This document shows, one piece after another, positions 41,337-50,604 of a stretch of 64,000 nucleotides of DNA. Made by a program: the position numbers and the translations under genes. The notes beneath the pieces are model-generated. The model was not told the DNA's origin. It worked only from the letters and a program-made list of their open reading frames with translations, and searched no databases. The DNA comes from a virus (taxonomy: Duplodnaviria > Heunggongvirae > Uroviricota > Caudoviricetes). Every line of letters starts with the position of its first letter. Position 1 is the first letter of the stretch. The stretch is from IMG/VR virus record IMGVR_UViG_3300011115_000934, positions 33,983-97,982 of that record. The stretch is one strand, 5' to 3'.

Positions 41337-42351
41337 TTATTTAGATATCCTAAATAAAATTGAACAAAAGCCAGACAGAAAACTAAACGACCATGTTTTG
41401 ATTGTGGATAGCATGAACACCTTTATAAGGTCCTTTGCAATGTTACAATCTATGAATCCACAAGGCCACCACACAGGTGGTCTCGTTGGCTTCTTAAGGT
41501 CCTTAGGGTTCCTAACTAGAACAATTGATCCAACTAGAGTTATTTGTGTATTCGATGGACAGGCATCCTCATCAAGTAGGAAAACTATCAATCCAGAATA
41601 CAAAGCAACTAGAAATATTAAAAGGATTACTAATTGGGAATTGTTCGATGATAAAGACGATGAGTTTGCTTCAATGACTATGCAAATGCATAGATTGGTT
41701 GAGTACTTACAATGTCTACCAGTTACTCTAATATCAATAGATAAAGTAGAGGCAGATGATACAATTTCATATTTAGCACAAAAGTTTGCAGCTAATAATA
41801 AAAAAGTAACAATTGTGTCCTCTGATAAAGATTTTTTACAAATAGTAGATCAAAACATAGAAGTTTATTCTCCTATTAAGAAAAAAACATATCAAAAAAA
41901 AGATATACAAGAAGAAATAGGACTGATTCCTGAGAATTATTTAATAATGAAAGCATTGCTAGGTGATAACTCAGACAACCTTTCAGGGATAAAAGGATTA
42001 GGACCTAAAACATTATTGAAAGAATTTCCAGAGCTAATAAGCAAACCTGGAGTAACACTAAAAGATATTTACAATATTTGTGAACAAAAGTTGCAAACTA
42101 AGAAAATATTCGCTAGTATTATCTATGACTGGGATAAAGTAAAAACTAATTGGGAATTGATGAATTTATCCGAGCCAAGGTTGGGAGATTACGAAATTTT
42201 TCATATATTAGAGAAGATAAAAGAGCCAACACCAAATTTACAAGCAGTTACTTTTTTAAGCATGTTAGAGTCAGATCAAATTGAAGCTCTAAACAAAAAC
42301 GTTGAAGGATGGTTAGAATTATTTAGACCGCTTTCGACATATAAAAAATAA
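41329..42351 (+). CDS. 5'-3' exonuclease (Pol I 5' nuclease / T4 RNase H-like)
   Basis: LIVDSMN, CVFDG, YKATR, EADD, SSDKDFLQ, GDNSDNLSGIKGLGPKT. Confidence 0.92.
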   Translation: MINYLDILNKIEQKPDRKLNDHVLIVDSMNTFIRSFAMLQSMNPQGHHTGGLVGFLRSLGFLTRTIDPTRVICVFDGQASSSSRKTINPEYKATRNIKRITNWELFDDKDDEFASMTMQMHRLVEYLQCLPVTLISIDKVEADDTISYLAQKFAANNKKVTIVSSDKDFLQIVDQNIEVYSPIKKKTYQKKDIQEEIGLIPENYLIMKALLGDNSDNLSGIKGLGPKTLLKEFPELISKPGVTLKDIYNICEQKLQTKKIFASIIYDWDKVKTNWELMNLSEPRLGDYEIFHILEKIKEPTPNLQAVTFLSMLESDQIEALNKNVEGWLELFRPLSTYKK

Positions 42352-42371
42352 GTTATAATAAAATAAGTTAC

Positions 42372-43724
42372 ATGACATCATTAGCAAAATTATCTTCCTA
42401 CGGGAAAGGCTTTCAGTTGAAAGTATTAGGAGCACTACTAACAGACAAGAAATTCTTGCTCAACACAAGAGACCTACTAAGACCAGATTATTTTGATTCA
42501 GATGCTCACAGATGGATTTTAGAAACCACAATTAAGTACTACGACAAGTATCACACTACGATTTCTTTAGAAGCATTAAAAATAGAATTACAAAAAGTAG
42601 AGAATGATATTCTACAAGTAGCAGTTAAATCAGAATTAAGAAATTGCTATGAAGCAACTCAAGATGATTTAGCATACGTAGTAGAGGAATTTACAACCTT
42701 TGCTAAGAACCAAGAACTTAAAGCAGCATTGTTAAGTTCAGCAGATCTTTTGAACCAAGGAGACTTTGATGGAATCAGAGGAGTGATTGAAAAGGCTATG
42801 AGAGCTGGTATGGATAAGAACATGGGTCACGAATATAACAAAGACGTTGAGAGTCGTTATAGAGAAAACTACAGACCAACTATTCCATCACCTTGGCCAA
42901 TTCTAAATGAAACTATTGGAGGAGGATTCGGTCCTGGAGATTTAGCAATTATGTTTGGTAATCCTGGAGGAGGAAAATCTTGGACGATGGTTGCAATAGC
43001 AGCACATGCAGTACTATTGGGATACAATGTAAACTATTACACATTGGAGCTTGGAGAGGATTATGTAGGAAAGAGATTCGATTGCTACTTCACAGGTTAT
43101 GGAATTGAAGAAGTAAACAAACACAGAGGTGAAGTTGAAAAGATTGTAGGTAAATTGAAAGGAAAACTTATTGTAAAAGAATATCCACCAAAAGGAGCCT
43201 CAGTAAGTACAATCAAAGCACATATCCAAAAATGTATGGATGTTGATCACAAACCCGATATGATTATTATCGATTACGTTGATTATTTGAAAGCACCTTC
43301 AAAATCTCGTTTCACAGAAAGAAAAGATGAAATCGATGACGTATTCATTGCAACAAAAGGATTGGCTAAGGAACTTCAAATTCCTATCCTAACACCCTCT
43401 CAAGTCAATAGAATGGGAGCAAAGGATTCAGTTATTGAAGGAGACAAAGCAGCAGGGTCGTATGACAAGATGATGGTTGCAGATGTATGTTTATCTTTAT
43501 CAAGAATGAAAGAAGATAAGGTTTTAGGAACAGGACGTATCCACGTAATGAAAAATAGATACGGAATGGATGGTATGACTTGGGATGCAAAAGTCGATAC
43601 AAACAATGGTCATATTGAAATTCTAGGAAACATGCTAATAACCGAGTCAGGAGATAAACCTAGAGGAAATTTTAAAGAAATCGCGAATAAGTTCTTTCAA
43701 TTGGAGCAAGACGTTCCTTTCTAA
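42372..43724 (+). CDS. dnaB: Replicative DNA helicase (DnaB/gp41-like)
   Basis: GNPGGGKS, IIIDYVDY, SQVNR, KNRYG motifs. Confidence 0.92.
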   Translation: MTSLAKLSSYGKGFQLKVLGALLTDKKFLLNTRDLLRPDYFDSDAHRWILETTIKYYDKYHTTISLEALKIELQKVENDILQVAVKSELRNCYEATQDDLAYVVEEFTTFAKNQELKAALLSSADLLNQGDFDGIRGVIEKAMRAGMDKNMGHEYNKDVESRYRENYRPTIPSPWPILNETIGGGFGPGDLAIMFGNPGGGKSWTMVAIAAHAVLLGYNVNYYTLELGEDYVGKRFDCYFTGYGIEEVNKHRGEVEKIVGKLKGKLIVKEYPPKGASVSTIKAHIQKCMDVDHKPDMIIIDYVDYLKAPSKSRFTERKDEIDDVFIATKGLAKELQIPILTPSQVNRMGAKDSVIEGDKAAGSYDKMMVADVCLSLSRMKEDKVLGTGRIHVMKNRYGMDGMTWDAKVDTNNGHIEILGNMLITESGDKPRGNFKEIANKFFQLEQDVPF

Positions 43725-43778
43725 AATGCTATTTATTCTTACAGTCCTAATTTATAACAAATATTAAAAAAAGCGAAT

Positions 43779-44756
43779 ATGAGTCTAAAAGACGAACGCA
43801 TAGTTTACAAGCCTTTTGAGTACCAACAAGCACACGATTACTGGCTGAAAGCACACCAAGCCCACTGGCTACATACAGAAGTTCCAATGTCACAAGACGT
43901 AACAGATTGGAATTCGAATCTTAAACCACACGAAAAAAATGTTATAGGAGGAATCTTAAAAGGATTTGCTCAAACAGAAACAGTTGTAAATGATTATTGG
44001 ACAAACCTTGTTACAAAGTGGTTCAGAAAACCTGAGATCATTATGATGGCAGTTACCTTTGGAGCATTTGAAACTATTCATGCAGAGGCGTATGCTTTAT
44101 TAAATGAGCAATTAGGATTGGATAATTTTGCAGAATTTCTAGAAGATGAATCAACTGCGGCTAAAATTCAATCTTTAATGGATGTTAGAGATGGAAATAG
44201 CGGAGAAACAGATTGGCATGAAGCAGCTAGATCCTTAGCAATATTCTCAGCATTTACTGAAGGAGTAAACCTATTCTCTTCTTTTGCAGTATTGTTATCA
44301 TTTAAAATGAGAAACAAACTAAAAGGAGTAGGACAAATAGTTGAATGGTCTGTAAGAGATGAATCACTTCACTCAGAGGCAGGATGTTGGTTATTCAGAC
44401 AATTAATGAAAGAGTACCCAGAATTAAAAACAGAAAAACTTATTAATGATATTAGAGAAGCAGCAACCCTTGCTCTTCAACTAGAATTCAATTTTATCGA
44501 TAAGATATTTGAAATGGGAGATTTAGAAAATTTATCTAAAGAGGAATTAAAAAACTTTATCAAACACAGAGTAAATACTAAGATGGGAGATTTAGGACTG
44601 AAACCATTAATACCTTCAGATCAAATCGATAAAGGAGCTTTAAAACAAATGTTATGGTTTGATGCTGTAGTAGCAGGAAAACAGCACACAGACTTCTTTG
44701 CAAATAGAGTAACGAATTATGCCAAAGGGCATATGGATTGGGACAACGCATTTTAA
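43779..44756 (+). CDS. nrdB: Class I ribonucleotide reductase beta subunit
   Basis: ETIHAEAY, EGVNLFSSF, RDESLH, HTDFF..RVTNY motifs. Confidence 0.96.
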   Translation: MSLKDERIVYKPFEYQQAHDYWLKAHQAHWLHTEVPMSQDVTDWNSNLKPHEKNVIGGILKGFAQTETVVNDYWTNLVTKWFRKPEIIMMAVTFGAFETIHAEAYALLNEQLGLDNFAEFLEDESTAAKIQSLMDVRDGNSGETDWHEAARSLAIFSAFTEGVNLFSSFAVLLSFKMRNKLKGVGQIVEWSVRDESLHSEAGCWLFRQLMKEYPELKTEKLINDIREAATLALQLEFNFIDKIFEMGDLENLSKEELKNFIKHRVNTKMGDLGLKPLIPSDQIDKGALKQMLWFDAVVAGKQHTDFFANRVTNYAKGHMDWDNAF

Positions 44757-44765
44757 TTTAATTTT

Positions 44766-46475
44766 ATGGGAGTAGATTACAGTGCCTGGAAACCAGGCGT
44801 AGATTATCCAGACTGGATGAATGAAGTTTCTTTGGCTACAATTTCAAATGGTTATTTATTACCTGATGAGAATCCAAAGAAAGCTTACAGAAGAGTTGCT
44901 GATGCAGTAGCTAAAAGATTAGATCGTCCTGATCTAGCAAATAAGTTTTTCAAGTACATGTGGAAAGGTTGGTTAAACCTAGCTTCACCTGTATTATCAA
45001 ACACCGGAACTGACAAAGGACTTCCAATCTCATGTTTTGGTATAGATACTCCTGATTCGATCAGAGGTATAGGATTAACCAATGCAGAACTAATGAGACT
45101 TACCTCTTTAGGAGGAGGAGTTGGAATTGGACTTGGAAGAGTAAGAGGAAGAGGAGTAAAGATTGGAAATGGAGAAACAGGACAGTCAGAGGGAATTGTG
45201 CCTTGGGCTAAAATATTTGACTCAACTATTATTGCTACAAATCAAGGATCAGTTCGTAGAGGAGCAGCATCTGTAAATTTAGACATCAACCATATCGATA
45301 TAAAAGAATTCTTACGTATTAGAAGACCTCAAGGAGATCCAAACCGTCAGTGTTTGAATTTACACCAATGTGTTTCTATTGACGATAAGTTTATGAAAAG
45401 ATTAGAGCACAGAGATCCGGAAGCAATGGAACTATGGGTTGAGATTCTTAAATCAAGAGTTGAGACAGGAGAACCTTATATTATGTTTAAGGATAATGTC
45501 AACAATGCTAACCCACCAGCATATGTAAAAAACAACTTAGACGTTACAATGACAAACATCTGTTCAGAGATTGCTTTACATACCGATGAAGAACATTCAT
45601 TTGTTTGTTGTTTATCTTCTCTAAACATTACAAGATACGAAGAGTGGAAGGATACTGACTTAGTTGAGACAGCAATCTATTTCTTAGATGGAGTATTGGA
45701 AGAGTTCTTAATTAAAACAAATGGAAAAGATTCTATGATTAGATCTCACCGTTCTGCTAAAAAAGGAAGAGCATTAGGATTAGGAGTTTTAGGATGGCAT
45801 TCATTCTTACAAGCAAAAGGAATTCCATTCACTTCTATTGCAGCAACTTCTTGGACAAATAAAATTTTCTCTCAGATTAAAAACCAAGCAGAAGATGCTT
45901 CTAGAAAATTAGCAGAAGAATACGGAGAACCAGTTTGGTGTAAAGGAACAGGAATGAGAAACACTCACCTAATTGCAATTGCACCTACAGTTTCTAATTC
46001 AACAATCTCAGGAGGAGTATCAGCAGGTATTGAACCAATTCCAGCTAACGTTTATACGTTTAATTCTTCTAAAGGAACTTTCATTAGAAAGAATCCAGTA
46101 TTAGAAAAGTACTTAGAAGATAAAGGACATAACTCAGAAGAGGTATGGCAACAGATTCTAAAAGATAGAGGATCAATTGCAAATCTACCAGAAGACGTTA
46201 TGCCGTTTGACGATAAAGAAGTATTCTTAACATTTGCAGAAATAAACCAATTGGCCCTAGTTGAACAAGCTTCAGTAAGACAGAAGTACGTTGACCAGGC
46301 TCAATCACTAAACTTAGCATTCGATCCAGGAGATAGTCCTAAGTTTATAAACCTAGTTCACCAGACAGCTTGGAAACTTGGATTAAAAACGTTATATTAT
46401 TTACGAACGGATTCTGTCATAAACGGGGACATCGGAAGTAGAACTTCTGAAGACTGTTTAAGCTGTGACGGATAA
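44766..46475 (+). CDS. nrdA: Class I ribonucleotide reductase alpha subunit (no ATP cone)
   Basis: PISCF, TNICSEI, VCCLSSLN, IAPTVSNS, KTLYY, C-terminal CLSCDG. Confidence 0.96.
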   Translation: MGVDYSAWKPGVDYPDWMNEVSLATISNGYLLPDENPKKAYRRVADAVAKRLDRPDLANKFFKYMWKGWLNLASPVLSNTGTDKGLPISCFGIDTPDSIRGIGLTNAELMRLTSLGGGVGIGLGRVRGRGVKIGNGETGQSEGIVPWAKIFDSTIIATNQGSVRRGAASVNLDINHIDIKEFLRIRRPQGDPNRQCLNLHQCVSIDDKFMKRLEHRDPEAMELWVEILKSRVETGEPYIMFKDNVNNANPPAYVKNNLDVTMTNICSEIALHTDEEHSFVCCLSSLNITRYEEWKDTDLVETAIYFLDGVLEEFLIKTNGKDSMIRSHRSAKKGRALGLGVLGWHSFLQAKGIPFTSIAATSWTNKIFSQIKNQAEDASRKLAEEYGEPVWCKGTGMRNTHLIAIAPTVSNSTISGGVSAGIEPIPANVYTFNSSKGTFIRKNPVLEKYLEDKGHNSEEVWQQILKDRGSIANLPEDVMPFDDKEVFLTFAEINQLALVEQASVRQKYVDQAQSLNLAFDPGDSPKFINLVHQTAWKLGLKTLYYLRTDSVINGDIGSRTSEDCLSCDG

Positions 46476-46486
46476 AACTAAAAAAT

Positions 46487-46942
46487 ATGGCATTATTAAT
46501 TACTTCACTATTTCTAGCAATTGTAATTTTTCTACTAACTGTAAAACTAAAAGAGTATGTAGAGGAGGTAGCACAACTTAGAAAGCAAATTGAAGAAACA
46601 GCAGCATCTCATATAGTAGAGAAAGCAAAGGTAAAGAAAGACTCAATGTTTAGATCCTCAGCAGTAAATTGGGGAAAGACAATTGAACACTTTGTACCAT
46701 TCATGTCTAAGTTTCCTGTACCAGCAGAAGATGTGGTTTTCTTAGGGATGCCAATCGACTACGTAGGATTTACTCACACAGATAGTAAAACAAAATGTGA
46801 AGTGCACTTTATTGAAGTCAAGTCAGGAAATGCAGCTTTGATGGGTAAACAGAGAAATATTAAAAAAGCAATTCAAGAGGGAAGAGTTCACTGGCATGAA
46901 ATTGCAGTGGATGGAAACCGAGCAGAAATCAAAGAAGAATAG
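46487..46942 (+). CDS. Holliday-junction-resolvase-related endonuclease with an N-terminal TM helix
   Basis: GKTIEHFVPF...FLGMPIDYVGF...FIEVKSG...QRNIKKAI; PD-(D/E)xK fold. Confidence 0.75.
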   Translation: MALLITSLFLAIVIFLLTVKLKEYVEEVAQLRKQIEETAASHIVEKAKVKKDSMFRSSAVNWGKTIEHFVPFMSKFPVPAEDVVFLGMPIDYVGFTHTDSKTKCEVHFIEVKSGNAALMGKQRNIKKAIQEGRVHWHEIAVDGNRAEIKEE

Positions 46943-46955
46943 CTATTTATTAGAG

Positions 46956-48122
46956 ATGGACGTACTATCTAAAATAAAACAAATGTTATACCCTCTACTA
47001 ATCCTAGGGGGTATTTTGTCTACACAGAGTCAGACCTTTACGTACTCTGGGAATATTTATGGCTCAAATGCAGCAGGTATATCAGGTGTACCAGTCTCTC
47101 TTTACAAAAGGACAACTACTACAACTGCAAATGCAAACACTACTGTAAGAACATTTAAAACTCACGCCAGTAATGGAAGTACAAACCAATACGCTTCCTA
47201 TCCGTCGACTAGAGCAGAAATGGATAGATTGTTTAATACAGCTTATTCAAATACAGTTCTGTGGTGGACAGGTACAGTAAGTGCATTATACTCATTGAAC
47301 TTTAATGCAGCCAGTACACTAACAGCAGGAGGAGCATCAGTACCTAATAACGGTGATTACTACTCAGCAGAAGTTACATTTGTATTTACACCAAAAGAAA
47401 CAGGAACGTACTCATTTGGACTAACCTCGGATGATGGTGGTGACTTATGGTTAATGGGATATGGAAATGTAATTGAATGGTACGGAGGAAAAGGAACTGG
47501 CCAATACTTATACGGAAATGTAAATCTAACAGCAGGTACAGCTTATACTTTTATAGCCAGAATGCAAGAGTATGGAGGTGGTGATGGATTATTGGTATAT
47601 TGGAAAAGACCATCACAAGCCGGATACTCACTACAAACAGATGAGGTAGGAGGAACAACCACTACAACATCGGCTTGGGCAGTACAAACAACCACAACTA
47701 CATCAGCATTAGGAGCTTACTCTTTTTCAACACCCTCAGGAACAGGAGTAGAGTTTTACATTACATTCAATCCTCCAGCATTAACAGTACCAGTTCTTTC
47801 AGATGGAACACTTACAAATAGTATTGTAATAGGAAACACAGCATTAAAATCTGTAGATTATTTTAGATATGATGTAAATGGAGATAACAGATTCACAGTT
47901 TCAGATGTATATTCAATATTGGCTAGAAAATCTGGATTGCTTTCTGCCTTTACTCCAACACCACTTAGTAGAATTTTTAATTCAACAGAATGGTCAACTA
48001 TTAACGTATCGACAGCAAATCTAAAAGTATCGTATCCTGGAGTACAGACAGTAACAATTAACTCTCCTGTATCAGGAGGAAGTTCAAACTACTATGTTAG
48101 TAGATTAGGAAACACTAATTAA
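46956..48122 (+). CDS. Secreted PA14-domain protein with a dockerin-like EF-hand module
   Basis: Start revised to the ATG at 46956 (signal-like LLILGGILSTQSQ). PA14 signature GTYSFGLTSDDGGDLW...MQEYGGGDGL; YDVNGDNRFTVSD. Confidence 0.75.
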   Translation: MDVLSKIKQMLYPLLILGGILSTQSQTFTYSGNIYGSNAAGISGVPVSLYKRTTTTTANANTTVRTFKTHASNGSTNQYASYPSTRAEMDRLFNTAYSNTVLWWTGTVSALYSLNFNAASTLTAGGASVPNNGDYYSAEVTFVFTPKETGTYSFGLTSDDGGDLWLMGYGNVIEWYGGKGTGQYLYGNVNLTAGTAYTFIARMQEYGGGDGLLVYWKRPSQAGYSLQTDEVGGTTTTTSAWAVQTTTTTSALGAYSFSTPSGTGVEFYITFNPPALTVPVLSDGTLTNSIVIGNTALKSVDYFRYDVNGDNRFTVSDVYSILARKSGLLSAFTPTPLSRIFNSTEWSTINVSTANLKVSYPGVQTVTINSPVSGGSSNYYVSRLGNTN

Positions 48123-48191
48123 ACTATATTTATAAAAAGTAAGGTGCATGGGCACTCGGTTGTATTAAACAAATAACTTAAAAACAAAAAA

Positions 48192-49283
48192 ATGAAGAAA
48201 ATTCTTTTAATTTTAAGTGTGATGTTAGTAACACTATCGGGATTTGCACAACAAGTTGCACCAGATAACACTAAACCATACTTAGTATTCGACGCAAGTT
48301 ACAACTTAGCTCCTGTAGCATCAGGAACAAACACGCAAGTTGCAATTTATTACAGCAATCTTAACGCAACAGCTATTAAAGCTATTCAGTTTAGATTCTG
48401 GTATGACAAAACAGTTTTTGATGCTCCAACAGTAACTTATACTGGAGCTGAGACAAACAATGTATTCAACACAAAAGTAAACGCTACAGAAGGAAACGTA
48501 ACAGTTACTTGGGTTTACACAGGAACAAATGCTTCTTTTAATATTGTAAATGGAGCAATGTTCAATGCATCTCTACCATTTAAAGCAGCTTATACCAATG
48601 GTGCAGTAACTGCAATGGCATTTACAGGAGCAACAGCATTCTCAGCTTACGGTACTCTTGCAGCAGGAACAGATACAGCATTAGGATTACAAAACTACGG
48701 AGGTGCATTCACAGAACCAGTATTTAACTATGCAGCTACATTCTTAAATAACCCAACCAATCCTTCAACAGGTATTCCAGTAATCTTACAAAAATCTGCA
48801 AACGGAACAACTTGGACAGATGTAATGACTGTTAATACAGTAACAACAGGAGTAGCAGCATTTACAACTAACTTAGATCAAAACTACTGGCAGATTAGAG
48901 TAAAAGTAGCTCCAGGTACTACAGCACCAGCAGCAATTGCAGCAGCTGATGCAGATATGATTGCTCAAATTGCTACAGGATTACAAACACCAACTGGAAC
49001 TCAATTCTACACTGCTAACCCTAACCAAGCAAACGGAATTACAATTTCAGATTCATATACAGTATTCTCTAGATTGGCTCAAGGTTTAACAACCTATCCA
49101 GGTAACCCTGATATCTTATTCTTTACAGAAGCTCAATACAACACCATTGCAGCAGCTACAACAGATCAATCAGCAACAATTCCAGGAGTTTCAACTTTCC
49201 TTTCAGCTAACATCAATAATACAGTAGCAGCAAATTACTATCTGCTAGTATTAGGAGACGCCAACGGAACAGGTCATAACTAA
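48192..49283 (+). CDS. Secreted cohesin-like domain protein with a C-terminal module paralogous to 46956
   Basis: Sec signal MKKILLILSVMLVTLSGFA; IKAIQFRFWYDKTVF cohesin-like strand; shared ...PGV.T...NYY...LG..N tail. Confidence 0.65.
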   Translation: MKKILLILSVMLVTLSGFAQQVAPDNTKPYLVFDASYNLAPVASGTNTQVAIYYSNLNATAIKAIQFRFWYDKTVFDAPTVTYTGAETNNVFNTKVNATEGNVTVTWVYTGTNASFNIVNGAMFNASLPFKAAYTNGAVTAMAFTGATAFSAYGTLAAGTDTALGLQNYGGAFTEPVFNYAATFLNNPTNPSTGIPVILQKSANGTTWTDVMTVNTVTTGVAAFTTNLDQNYWQIRVKVAPGTTAPAAIAAADADMIAQIATGLQTPTGTQFYTANPNQANGITISDSYTVFSRLAQGLTTYPGNPDILFFTEAQYNTIAAATTDQSATIPGVSTFLSANINNTVAANYYLLVLGDANGTGHN

Positions 49284-49284
49284 T

Positions 49285-50016
49285 ATGGTACGCTATATAA
49301 TCATAGCGTTACTAACAATAAATTCACTCTACTCCCAGGTACAATTTCAAGTGCCTGGGATTACTGTGACTCCCTCCAATACAATAGATCTACCTATAAC
49401 AATCCAAACAAATGGAAATACAGTAGGGAGTTTAGAATTTGCTCTAAATTACGATCAAACAATTTTACAATTCTCAGAAATAGTATTATCAGAAAAAACA
49501 CAGACTTGGTTGACATATGTAATGGATACTGGAAGTGGAAAAGTAAGATGGGGTGGTTATGATAAATCACATGGTCAGCATTCTATCAATACACCAATTG
49601 CATTATTCATATTAAAATTTACTGTCCTAAATCCGAACTGGTTAACAACTCCTATTACAGTTGGAAGAAAGACAGCAGGAGATGTTCAAGGATGGGATAT
49701 CGCAGTAACAAATACAGATGGATATGTAAACTACAACAAAACTGGAATACCAGTTGATGAAACTAGAATTCAAGGAATCATACATCCAAATCCTACAGAT
49801 GGATTAGTAACTGTGGATTTAATATTACCGGTAAGTGGTTTTTATAAAACAACAATTCTTAATCTAAATGGTTCTGAACTAAGAAGAAGAGTAGAACAGT
49901 ACATCAAAGGAGTTAATATCCTAGAAGAGGATCTCACACCTTACCCTAGCGGTACCTATTTATTAAATATAACAACAAGGGACTTTACCCAAACATTTAA
50001 AATTATAAAAAAATAA
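49285..50016 (+). CDS. Cohesin-domain protein with a T9SS (Por) C-terminal sorting domain
   Basis: Signal peptide; VGSLEFALNYDQTILQF cohesin motif; IHPNPTDG...ILNLNG...PSGTYLLNITT...TFKIIKK type-A CTD. Confidence 0.85.
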   Translation: MVRYIIIALLTINSLYSQVQFQVPGITVTPSNTIDLPITIQTNGNTVGSLEFALNYDQTILQFSEIVLSEKTQTWLTYVMDTGSGKVRWGGYDKSHGQHSINTPIALFILKFTVLNPNWLTTPITVGRKTAGDVQGWDIAVTNTDGYVNYNKTGIPVDETRIQGIIHPNPTDGLVTVDLILPVSGFYKTTILNLNGSELRRRVEQYIKGVNILEEDLTPYPSGTYLLNITTRDFTQTFKIIKK

Positions 50017-50019
50017 GCT

Positions 50020-50334
50020 ATGTCAGAAGAAACAAACGAAGGTGGATTATCAGGATTGAAAAAAACCTTAATTGGAACTCTAGGAACTGTTGTAACAGCA
50101 GGAGGAGTATGGTTAACAACACACTTAGGTGGTGGTGAAGCTACAGATAAAGAAGAAGTAAAAACAGAAGTAGCAGCACCTGCAGCAGCAGCACCAGTTG
50201 TTATTAATTTACAAAACAACAACACAAACCAACAAAAACAATCAGGAGGTACACATACCATTGTTAAAGAAAGAGTAATTGAGAAAGCAGCTCCAGTACA
50301 ACAAGCAGCACCTGCTCAAAAAGAATCTTGGTAA
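50020..50334 (+). CDS. Small membrane-anchored protein
   Basis: Hydrophobic LIGTLGTVVTAGGVWL followed by an Ala/Pro/Asn/Gln-rich tail. Confidence 0.6.
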   Translation: MSEETNEGGLSGLKKTLIGTLGTVVTAGGVWLTTHLGGGEATDKEEVKTEVAAPAAAAPVVINLQNNNTNQQKQSGGTHTIVKERVIEKAAPVQQAAPAQKESW

Positions 50335-50337
50335 TAG

Positions 50338-50601
50338 ATGAAAGAAGCTGAAGGTTTTGCAGGTACATTTTTTTCTAAACTAAAAGAGCAATCTTTTACT
50401 ATAATCCTTATGGTAGGAGTTATTTGGTATCAAGGAGTGATGATGGAAGAAAGAGTAGCGTATTGGCAAAAGTTATACGAAGAGAAAGAAGCTTACATTG
50501 AACAAAGTACTAAAGACGACAAAGCGCTTTTATTGAATAGAATAGAATATTTACAACAACAGAGAGACAAATACGTAGAAGATTTACTAGAAAAAAAATA
50601 A
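50338..50601 (+). CDS. Small membrane protein with a coiled coil
   Basis: TM segment FTIILMVGVIWY. Confidence 0.6.
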   Translation: MKEAEGFAGTFFSKLKEQSFTIILMVGVIWYQGVMMEERVAYWQKLYEEKEAYIEQSTKDDKALLLNRIEYLQQQRDKYVEDLLEKK

Positions 50602-50604
50602 AAA

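Noticed and set aside
4025-46475. Inteins or group I/II introns in terminase, polymerase, helicase, nrdA or nrdB
   Set aside because: The ORFs are continuous and of normal size, with no intein motifs. The endonucleases are free-standing.
46896-46955. ORF-track start at 46896 for the PA14 protein
   Set aside because: It overlaps the upstream gene and precedes a TATTTAT motif. The ATG at 46956 gives a signal-peptide-like N-terminus.
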